Positions 1 through 6,166 of a DNA stretch of 50,132 nt are shown here, in pieces (the first letter of the stretch is position 1; each line of letters begins with the position of its first letter). Source of the DNA: a virus; the IMG/VR virus record IMGVR_UViG_3300025897_000002; one strand, written 5' to 3'. The notes beneath the pieces are model-generated. The model was given only the letters and a program-made list of their open reading frames with translations, was not told the origin of the DNA and searched no databases. The position numbers and the translations under genes were made by a program.

Positions 1-99
1 CTAATTGAAACCACGTTGTTCGCGGCCCTTGAGGGGTCCAGCCAATGACCATGACTGACCCGACCGGCACACCCGAAGAGCGCGATTTGGCGTTCTGCG
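1..99. repeat. Window-end duplication: bases 1-99 identical to 50034-50132 (circular-contig overlap or short terminal redundancy); unique length 50,033 bp
   Basis: Both ends read CTAATTGAAACCACGTTGTTCGCGGCCCTTGAGG...GCGATTTGGCGTTCTGCG; ORFs run across the junction. Confidence 0.95.
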
Positions 100-269
100 T
101 GCGGGCGGCAAAACTCCGGTGCAAGATTCGCAACGGGCACCTGTGTTGGGGGCCGGTCTGTAACTGCTTCGACAAGATGACGATGGAGTGTTGGGACATT
201 GCGGCCAAAAATCACGTTCTGTCGTCGCTGCCTGACTATGACCCGATCATTACCGTAAATGGATGGTAG
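45..269 (+). CDS. small Cys-rich early protein (74 aa)
   Basis: ATG overlaps the stop of the upstream gene across the junction (CAATGA, = 50078-50081). Six Cys. The N-terminus MTMTDPTGTPEE carries the ACCGGCACACCCGA junction motif. Confidence 0.6.
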   Translation: MTMTDPTGTPEERDLAFCVRAAKLRCKIRNGHLCWGPVCNCFDKMTMECWDIAAKNHVLSSLPDYDPIITVNGW

Positions 270-280
270 GAGGACAACCG

Positions 281-595
281 ATGACCGGCACAACCGATGA
301 ACTGGTGGAGAGCGTTCAAGATGGGGGCCTATCTGAGTTCCAGAGTAATCATGTCTGTTATTTTAACAATCGCATTGGTTACGATGAGGATTCCGATGAG
401 ATTATCGCGCAGTGCGGGAAGTGCGGGAAGGAAGGCAGAATCAAGTATTTAGCAAAAGATCGAGTTTGTTGGTCAGCTTACCCAGATAGCGGAGGGCATC
501 GTAAGGAGGTGCCGGTTCGCGGGGATTTCTTGAACCAAGAGACCGTAGACGATGGGGACGATGGCCCTTACACAATGGATGAAGCCGATGAGTGA
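281..595 (+). CDS. small early protein with CGKCG zinc-ribbon-like motif (104 aa)
   Basis: AGGAGG at 268-273 then ATG 281. N-terminus MTGTTDELVESV is near-identical to that of the gene at 49328. Confidence 0.7.
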   Translation: MTGTTDELVESVQDGGLSEFQSNHVCYFNNRIGYDEDSDEIIAQCGKCGKEGRIKYLAKDRVCWSAYPDSGGHRKEVPVRGDFLNQETVDDGDDGPYTMDEADE

Positions 596-1112
596 ACTTG
601 CCACCCTGAAAAAAATTCAACGGGCAGTGTGCCGCCACTATGACATCTCATTACCTGTAATGTTGGGAGATCAACGGTCTCGCAACGTAGCGTGGCCTCG
701 TCAATTGGCAATTTGGATGTCGTCAAAGTTAACCAAGTCTTCAATCTCTTCAATTGCCCAGCACTTTAATCGGGATCATACGACCGCCTTGCATGCCAAA
801 AGAGCGGTTAACGAACGCATGAAGGACGTTAATTCTGAAACATTTAGGGATGCTCAAGTCTTGTTGGGCGAATTTGCCAGCTTTCATTCTTACGGATCGT
901 TGAGACTTGTACCTCTTCCGAAAAAAAGCGTTAAAAAGGAGGAGGTCCGCAAGAGAACAGGAAAAAGGAGGCCCGTAGGGCCACTGCATCCGAGGACGGC
1001 GAAGACCACTAGAAGGTGCCTTAGCTGCTCTGGTTTATTTGAGTCTGAGGGCATACACAACAGGCTGTGTGCATCCTGTAAACACGGGATCAACAACTCA
1101 GCGTTTATTTAA
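588..1112 (+). CDS. DnaA domain IV-like DNA-binding protein with basic linker and C-terminal CxxC-N13-CxxC zinc ribbon; candidate replication initiator or iteron binder
   Basis: LKKIQRAVCRHYDISLPVMLGDQRSRNVAWPRQLAIWMSSKLTKSSISSIAQHFNRDHTTALHAKR aligns by eye to DnaA C-terminal domain signatures (SR..VA.PRQ.A, RDHTT.LHA). Start chosen at ATG 588, overlapping the upstream stop (GCCGATGAGTGA). The track ORF starts at 552. Confidence 0.8.
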   Translation: MSELATLKKIQRAVCRHYDISLPVMLGDQRSRNVAWPRQLAIWMSSKLTKSSISSIAQHFNRDHTTALHAKRAVNERMKDVNSETFRDAQVLLGEFASFHSYGSLRLVPLPKKSVKKEEVRKRTGKRRPVGPLHPRTAKTTRRCLSCSGLFESEGIHNRLCASCKHGINNSAFI

Positions 1113-1642
1113 TTCAGGATGAGCGAAAAGCATTGATACCGAGCGAGCCAGAGTGTGTGAAAAGCAATGCGTTGGAGCGAGCCACAATAATGGAAAAGCA
1201 CAAGTCTCGAGCGAGCCAAAAATGAAGAAAAGCACTCAGTCGGAGCGAGCCAGATATGAGGATCAGCAGGGCCTGTGAGCGAGCCACGTAAAGAGAAGCG
1301 CATATTACGAGAGCGAGCCACTTAGAAGGAAAAGCATGGTGCGAGATCGAGCCAAGAAGAGCGAAAAGCATGCATTCTGAACGAGCCATGACGGCGGAAA
1401 AGCAAAAGAACCGAGCGAGTCAAGCCGTCTGAAAAGCATGGTTCATGAGCGAGCCAGAAGACGGGAAAAGCATTGAGTTAGAGTAAGTCAGATCGGTAGA
1501 AAAGCATCTTGAGAGAGCGAGCCATCAGTCGTGAAAAGCACAGAACCGGAACGAGCCATCAGTCGTAAAAAGCAGAGAACCGGAACGAGCCATACGAGGT
1601 GAAAAGCAACAAATCCGAGCGAGTCAGAATATTGAGAAACCC
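1111..1642 (+). repeat. Iteron array: 15 units of a bipartite 34-bp repeat (box A GAGCGAGCCA, 8-nt gap, box B GAAAAGCA, 8-nt gap)
   Basis: Box A starts at 1141, 1175, 1209, 1243, 1277, 1311, 1345, 1379, 1413, 1447, 1481, 1515, 1549, 1583, 1617 (constant 34-bp step). Box B starts 18 nt after each box A. A partial fused unit lies at 1111-1122. Confidence 0.95.
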
Positions 1643-1868
1643 ATATCCAGTTACTCTTAGCGAGATTGTCCAAGAGTACGAGCGAGACTTAGAGGCCCGT
1701 CGCAGACTTTACCCAGAGCTAGTGAAATCTGGTAAACTGAGGCAGGGGGACGCAGACCGAAGGATCGAGATCTTGGAGTACGGTCTTGCCCGAGAGAAAG
1801 CCAATTTGACGGCAATTAGGGCAAGCGATAACCGGCATTTGGAAAACTCAAGGAAGAAAGGAAAGTAA
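1599..1868 (+). CDS. small conserved early protein, paralogous to the 49164..49328 product
   Basis: Shared motif RRRLYPELVKSGKLRQGDADRRIEILEYGLAREKAN vs MRLVVYPKLVTAKKLTQETADRRIFVLQNVLAREEAN. Start uncertain (GTG 1599 or TTG 1632, both inside the last iterons). Confidence 0.6.
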   Translation: MKSNKSERVRILRNPYPVTLSEIVQEYERDLEARRRLYPELVKSGKLRQGDADRRIEILEYGLAREKANLTAIRASDNRHLENSRKKGK

Positions 1869-1870
1869 AC

Positions 1871-2188
1871 ATGACTGACTTATTTGATTATGAGGAAAGT
1901 CTAAGGCTCAAGTACGAGGGCATGGATCGGGCCGAGGCCAAGGCGGCAACTCCTCTTGAGGAGGCACGGGAAATAGCGAGGCGGATTGCCCTGAAGACCC
2001 CTGACCGGTGTGTATCTGCTGATGACGTTGGACGGGAGCTAAAGCGATTGGGATTACCGTCTAGCTTGGGGCCAGCCACTGGGAGTCTCTTCCGAGGTAA
2101 GGAGTGGGAGTTTACCGGGAGGCGGATTAAGTCGAGGCGGACCAGTAACCATGCTAGGGAAATAAAAGTGTGGCGGCTTAACAATTAG
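1871..2188 (+). CDS. hypothetical protein (105 aa)
   Basis: ATG 2 nt after the upstream stop, preceded by GGAAAG; coding-like composition. Confidence 0.65.
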   Translation: MTDLFDYEESLRLKYEGMDRAEAKAATPLEEAREIARRIALKTPDRCVSADDVGRELKRLGLPSSLGPATGSLFRGKEWEFTGRRIKSRRTSNHAREIKVWRLNN

Positions 2189-2226
2189 GACTAAATCCTT
2201 AACAATTTGGCTTGAATTGATATACT
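2177..2226 (+). promoter_or_regulatory. sigma70-like promoter (-35 TTAACA 2199-2204, 16-nt spacer, extended -10 TGATATACT 2218-2226) overlapped by two CTTAACAATT direct repeats
   Basis: 5/6 match at -35, TATACT at -10 with upstream TG. CTTAACAATT at 2177-2186 and 2198-2207, 21 nt apart. Confidence 0.5.
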
Positions 2227-2522
2227 ACGGGACATCTGCTGAGTTAACTTCATCGATACTGAAGCAGCAGAACCCAGCGCCTAATAAAACCCCATGTTGA
2301 CGAATGTTAATGGATGGGGAGCGCCAGACATCCTGTAGACATCTTTAAGACCTGAAGCGCCAAAAAGCGGCGGCTACCCTAAGCAATCCCCCGTGTGCCC
2401 AACCCCGCCCTAGCAACCCCAAACACAACTAAACACCCATAAGAGAGATAGAGAGAGACCAGTCGTATCAATAGGTCGGGAATAGCGAAATCCCCCTCTT
2501 TCTCCCTTTCTCCCCCCAAACA

Positions 2523-2538
2523 TGTTTCACGTGAAACA
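2523..2538. promoter_or_regulatory. perfect 16-bp palindrome TGTTTCACGTGAAACA (candidate dimeric-regulator site)
   Basis: Self-complementary over all 16 nt. Sits between a C-rich block (2386-2517) and the G-rich GTCGGG cluster (2556-2690). Confidence 0.5.
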
Positions 2539-2555
2539 ATAGACACCCTTGCTGA

Positions 2556-2690
2556 CCTAGTCGGGTCGGGAATGGCGGGTTACTGCGGTTGTCGGGGTGG
2601 TCGGGTCTACACTTTTGCCCCCCTGGTGGGACGTGTCGGGGTCGGGGTCGGGTTTTTCAGTCGGGGTCGGGTTGTCGGGGTCGGGTTCTT
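2556..2690 (+). repeat. GTCGGG repeat cluster A (about 12 copies, + strand only), G-quadruplex-prone
   Basis: GTCGGG at 2560, 2565, 2591, 2600, 2635, 2641, 2647, 2660, 2667, 2674, 2680 (plus 2475). Begins TAGTCGGGTCGGG. Confidence 0.9.
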
Positions 2691-2862
2691 GAGACAACCT
2701 TTGGTTGAACAACTGGGCGGGAATGGCCTCTGGGCCGGGGTATATACCCACCTATGGTTGTATTCGTCCAAATCGACGCGATAATTAGGGCAAAAATAGT
2801 TGTTGTTAGTGCATTGCCCGCATGGGATGATCGGGCGTCGTAAATCCTAGGAGGGATTATCA

Positions 2863-3489
2863 ATGGACGTTCACGTATCAACTATGACTGGCAAGCTAGA
2901 AGGCTTTCGGGCGATCAATAGCAACACGCGAAGCAATCCGTTTTGCCTCAAGATGTACGAGAACGCGACGGACAATGTTATCTGTCGCAAGTGCTATTCC
3001 CATGAAATGCTAAAGGCCTACCGGGCAAACACGGTCCCCGCATTGCAGCGTAACAGCGACGCGCTGTCGCAAGCGTGGGATCCCGGCGATCCAGTGCGCC
3101 TTACTGGCAAAGGCCGCAAAACATTCCAGCCTGGCGAATATGTGCGGATTTCCGGGCATGGCGAGATCGTGAATTCGGCCTATGTCGCCAATGTCATGCG
3201 GATCGTCCGCGAGAACCCGCAAGCGCGTTTTTCTTGGTGGACTAAACGCCACCAGCTAATTCGCCAGTATTGCGAAGCGAACGGGAAACCAGAGAATCTC
3301 ATTCTCGTTTATTCTAATCCGATAGTGGATAAGATAATGACTAAACCGCCCGCGTGGTTTGATAAGGCATTTAATAACATTTCGAAACCGCACGAGGACG
3401 AAAACTGTACGGGTCAAAAATGCCGCGATTGCATGGCTTGCTATGATCCTAAGAGTTCAACCGATGTTATTATTGAAAGGGTGAAATAA
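2863..3489 (+). CDS. hypothetical protein, Cys-rich ends (weak resemblance to the phage GP88-like family)
   Basis: AGGAGGG 8 nt upstream of ATG. N-terminal C..x..CRKCY and C-terminal CTGQKCRDCMACY cysteine clusters. Confidence 0.8.
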   Translation: MDVHVSTMTGKLEGFRAINSNTRSNPFCLKMYENATDNVICRKCYSHEMLKAYRANTVPALQRNSDALSQAWDPGDPVRLTGKGRKTFQPGEYVRISGHGEIVNSAYVANVMRIVRENPQARFSWWTKRHQLIRQYCEANGKPENLILVYSNPIVDKIMTKPPAWFDKAFNNISKPHEDENCTGQKCRDCMACYDPKSSTDVIIERVK

Positions 3490-3689
3490 TGGGATATAAG
3501 CCGATGTTTTTATTTAAGGGTGGGGAGCGTAAGGGTAACGCTCAAGTTTTTTCGACAGAAGAAGAAGCGCGTGAAAGTGCGCTTGCCCGGTTTGTGGTTT
3601 GGACAATGCCAGAGGGTATTGACGTTGAGCCAACGGACGATCCGGTAAACTTTCGCCGCATTGACGGGCGCGATGAGTACCTAGAATAG
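3489..3689 (+). CDS. hypothetical protein (66 aa)
   Basis: TAATG overlap with the upstream gene. Its TAG stop is part of the first TAGTCGGG motif. Confidence 0.7.
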   Translation: MGYKPMFLFKGGERKGNAQVFSTEEEARESALARFVVWTMPEGIDVEPTDDPVNFRRIDGRDEYLE

Positions 3690-3846
3690 TCGGGAGCAAA
3701 TAGTCGGGAGTCGGGGCCCCGCTTAGTCGGGGCCTTTTTTTGTCTTGGTAATAGTCGGGGTCGGGTCGGGGTCGGGTCGGGGTCGGAATAGGGTATTTGG
3801 CCGGGCGGGCCGGGCAGGGCGGACGGGCAGGGCGGACGGGAATCGT
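3686..3846 (+). repeat. GTCGGG repeat cluster B (4 x TAGTCGGG, then GGGGTCGGGTC tandem, then 2 x GGGCAGGGCGGACGG), G-quadruplex-prone
   Basis: GTCGGG at 3689, 3703, 3710, 3726, 3754, 3760, 3765, 3771, 3776 (and GTCGGA at 3782). GGGCAGGGCGGACGG occurs twice in 3815-3846. Confidence 0.9.
3715..3741 (+). terminator. rho-independent terminator
   Basis: GGCCCC (3715-3720), loop GCTTAGTC, GGGGCC (3729-3734), then T7 (3735-3741). Confidence 0.7.
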
Positions 3847-3899
3847 CCCCGCTGGAACAAAAGGTGAACATCCCCGTGTTATTTTCTGGGGAATATATG

Positions 3900-3927
3900 T
3901 TGTTTCTCGTGCAGGGAAATATATACT
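3900..3927 (+). promoter_or_regulatory. candidate promoter (TTGTTT, 16-nt spacer, TATACT) upstream of the DUF932-like gene
   Basis: -10 TATACT at 3922-3927 is identical to the -10 of the 2199-2226 promoter. The -35 is weak (3/6). Confidence 0.35.
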
Positions 3928-3967
3928 GGCTTTGGGCAATTTCGCCCGCACATGAAGGGATATCCAA

Positions 3968-4915
3968 ATGAATAACATCGTGAACCTGTCGCCTTGGTCC
4001 GCCCGCGCTACTGAGGTCACCGCTGATCCGGTTCTGGCCCGGTTCCTCGCACCGGTCGAGCGTCGCCAATTGTTTGACGCCGCTGGCAACGAGGCGGCCC
4101 ATGTTGGCCTGTATGATGACGCCAAGTGCGTCGGCGTGGTTTCGCCTACCTATCACGTTCTGCAAAACGCCACCGCGCATGATGTCGTGACGGACGCAAT
4201 ACGGGGATCCGGCTATCACGGTCAGTTAGACGTTAAGCCGGTACAGGGCGGTCGCTTTGGCGGTCGCTGGGGCACTCGCTACATTCTTGCGGACCATGGA
4301 TTCGCAATTCAGCAGCCGGGGAAATACCTCGCAACCCGCGTCGATCTCGAGCTATTCTTGCGGACCTCTTACGACGGCAGCACCGGCACCAGCATCGGCG
4401 TTTCGATGTTTGACCGCTTTTGCGATAACGGCATGGTGTTTCACTCTCAGGTGCAAGCTTTCCGCGCCAAGCACACCCGCTATGCTGAAGACAACCTGTT
4501 CCGCGTCACGCCCCAGCAAGTCGAGGTTGCGCTTGCCGAGGCTCAAGAGCAAGCCGAGATCATCAGGCGATGGGCGGAAACACGGATCACCGCAACGCAA
4601 GCCCGCGAATTGCTCAAAGGCCTCAAGGTCAAAGAGCATAAGGTCGAGGACAAACGGCCCGTGTCCGAGCGCACACCGCGAAACGAGTTAGAATTGCTCA
4701 TGGCCGGGTTCGAGCAAGAAAGCGAAGACCGGGGTCAAACCTTGTGGGCGTTGGTTTCCGCTGTAACGGCATGGTCCACGCCACGCGATAACGTCGCGGA
4801 TATGCCCACCGTCCGCCGGGGCCGGTCGCAGGATAGTCTTTCGCTCGCCGAAGGCCGTCAGGATAGGACGGCGGATTGGGTACTGGTACTGCAAAAGATG
4901 GCCCGCGCCGCGTAG
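3968..4915 (+). CDS. DUF932-like protein (phage/plasmid family of unknown function)
   Basis: VSPTYHVLQN...GGRFG...LRTSYDGSTGTSIGVSMFDRFCDNGMVF matches the DUF932 pattern (Y.v.qN ... NShDGs.a ... R.vC.NGmv). The TAG stop is part of a TAGTCGGG motif. Confidence 0.8.
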   Translation: MNNIVNLSPWSARATEVTADPVLARFLAPVERRQLFDAAGNEAAHVGLYDDAKCVGVVSPTYHVLQNATAHDVVTDAIRGSGYHGQLDVKPVQGGRFGGRWGTRYILADHGFAIQQPGKYLATRVDLELFLRTSYDGSTGTSIGVSMFDRFCDNGMVFHSQVQAFRAKHTRYAEDNLFRVTPQQVEVALAEAQEQAEIIRRWAETRITATQARELLKGLKVKEHKVEDKRPVSERTPRNELELLMAGFEQESEDRGQTLWALVSAVTAWSTPRDNVADMPTVRRGRSQDSLSLAEGRQDRTADWVLVLQKMARAA

Positions 4916-5095
4916 TCGGGTCACATACTGAAAACTGGGCTCGCCTCGTGCGGGCCCTTTTTTTGTGTCGGGTCGGGCTGTCGGGTCGGGATGGGTCGGG
5001 TCGGGCTCGATGCTGTCGGGTCGGGTCGGGTCTGGGGCTCGGTTCCTGGGTCTTGGGTCTTGGGCCCTGGCCCCCGGCCCTTGGTTACTGGGCCC
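4913..5095 (+). repeat. GTCGGG repeat cluster C (about 11 copies) followed by TGGGTCTTGGG/GGCCC repeats
   Basis: GTCGGG at 4915, 4967, 4972, 4980, 4985, 4995, 5000, 5015, 5020, 5025, then TGGGTCTTGGGTCTTGGGCCCTGG. Confidence 0.9.
4937..4964 (+). terminator. rho-independent terminator
   Basis: GGGCTCGC (4937-4944), loop CTCGT, GCGGGCCC (4950-4957, one G-U pair), then T7 (4958-4964). Confidence 0.7.
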
Positions 5096-5227
5096 TCTAT
5101 TTCTTCTTTTCCTGGCCTGATCTGGCCTGATCTGGGTGCACTAAAAGTAGTAGACAGCGCCCGGTCCAGGCATTAAGCTGATCACAGCTTAACCGCATCG
5201 GTTAAGTGGAAACCTTGGAGATAGAAT

Positions 5228-5548
5228 ATGAGCGAAATGATCAAAACGGTGGGCGGCCTTTATACGCCCGAGGAACTGGCCTCTGCACACGCGGAGCGAG
5301 GTGAACGAATTGAAAATCTGGAACGCGACAAGGCGTTCCTCGAGAGGCGCAATGCCGAACTAGAAACGGTCGCCGAAGCTGTTACGACGCTGGTAAATTT
5401 TGCGGCCAAAGGCGAAGACCTCAACGAACTTCGCTCCGATCTCAACGAACTCCGCTCCGATCTTGATGACGTCGAGGACACTAGCTCCAAGCTTGACGAC
5501 GTCGTGCGTGCCATGCGGGATGCCGCCGCAGAGCTTGCATCAGTCTAA
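5228..5548 (+). CDS. very acidic coiled-coil protein (106 aa) with internal 21-bp tandem duplication
   Basis: GGAG 8 nt upstream of the ATG. DLNELRS duplicated (nt 5420-5440 and 5441-5461). Rich in E/D. Confidence 0.75.
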   Translation: MSEMIKTVGGLYTPEELASAHAERGERIENLERDKAFLERRNAELETVAEAVTTLVNFAAKGEDLNELRSDLNELRSDLDDVEDTSSKLDDVVRAMRDAAAELASV

Positions 5549-5590
5549 TCCAAGCCGGGGGCGGGCATGGTACCTGCCCCCTACCACCCC

Positions 5591-5923
5591 ATGAAAGGAA
5601 ACAAGGTGAAAATATTCAAGTTCAAGTTATCCACCCGCATCGGCTCCACCGCCCGCGAGTGGCTGGCCGCAAAGGCCGCAGCATCGCAGGTCCGCCGCGA
5701 CATCGAGGCCATCACCCGCGCCCTGATCGCGGACGCGCCGCGCAACATCCGCGACCGCCTCGCCCAGCTTGAGGCCGAACTCAAGGCGGCAGAAGCAACC
5801 GCGAAGGCATACGAACCTGACCTGCGTGATCTGCCTCACGGCTCCCACGTCGTGCCCGGGCTCGGCTCAGTCGAGCGCGGATATCGCAGCGAATCGGAAA
5901 CGCTGCGGGCGAAGGTGAACTAG
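5591..5923 (+). CDS. hypothetical coiled-coil protein
   Basis: Start is ATG 5591 or GTG 5606. The GTG is favoured by comparison with the paralogous intergenic element at 5924-5988. Confidence 0.65.
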   Translation: MKGNKVKIFKFKLSTRIGSTAREWLAAKAAASQVRRDIEAITRALIADAPRNIRDRLAQLEAELKAAEATAKAYEPDLRDLPHGSHVVPGLGSVERGYRSESETLRAKVN

Positions 5924-5985
5924 AAGCCTAATCAACCGGGGGCTGGCAAGGTGCTGGCCCCCACCAAACCAAGAAGGGAAAAACA

Positions 5986-6114
5986 GTGAACAGTAGAGCC
6001 AGAAGACGACGCAACCGTTTTATATTCAGAGCGATAATGTCGATTTACATTCCATGCGGTGTTTTGGTTTGCTGCTATGGAGTCTGGATTGTGTTCCAAC
6101 AGCTAACCTTCTAA
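5986..6114 (+). CDS. possible 42-aa membrane miniprotein (GTG start), not in the ORF track
   Basis: VNSRARRRRNRFIFRAIMSIYIPCGVLVCCYGVWIVFQQLTF: Arg-rich N-terminus plus one hydrophobic helix. GGGAAAAA RBS-like element in the same relative position as upstream of GTG 5606. Followed by a hairpin and T-run. Confidence 0.35.
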   Translation: MNSRARRRRNRFIFRAIMSIYIPCGVLVCCYGVWIVFQQLTF

Positions 6115-6128
6115 TCCAACCGAGGGGC

Positions 6129-6166
6129 TGGGTCCCTTTGGGGCCTAGCTTTTCTGTCGGGTCGGG
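6129..6166 (+). terminator. weak terminator hairpin plus T-run, immediately followed by GTCGGGTCGGG (cluster D)
   Basis: GGTCCC (6130-6135), TTT, GGGGCC (6139-6144), AGCTTTTCT, then GTCGGG at 6156 and 6161. Confidence 0.4.

Noticed and set aside
1111-1642. Could the regularly spaced repeats be a CRISPR array?
   Set aside because: The period is only 34 bp. The conserved parts are 10 and 8 nt and the variable gaps are 8 nt, far shorter than CRISPR repeats and spacers. There are no cas genes, and an inverted second copy exists. The features fit iterons instead.
1109-1673. Minus-strand ORFs 1109..1321, 1114..1389 and 1488..1673
   Set aside because: Their peptides are just periodic translations of the 34-bp repeat (recurring LARS/GSL motifs). 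They have no RBS and lie antisense to the surrounding operon.
2557-2881. ORFs 2572..2784 (+), 2557..2751 (-) and 2657..2881 (-) in the long non-coding region
   Set aside because: They are composed almost entirely of translated GTCGGG repeats (GVGVG or PDPDP peptides). They have no RBS and no coding-like composition.
3514-4219. Long minus-strand ORFs 3514..4125 and 3542..4219
   Set aside because: They run antisense through the GTCGGG repeats (giving P/R/D-rich low-complexity peptides), through two + strand features (the terminator and a promoter), and into the well-supported DUF932-like gene. This is a GC-rich antisense artefact.
4876-5176. ORFs 4876..5130 and 4991..5176
   Set aside because: They are translations of cluster C repeats (GSGRV/GLG runs). 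They span a terminator and lack an RBS.
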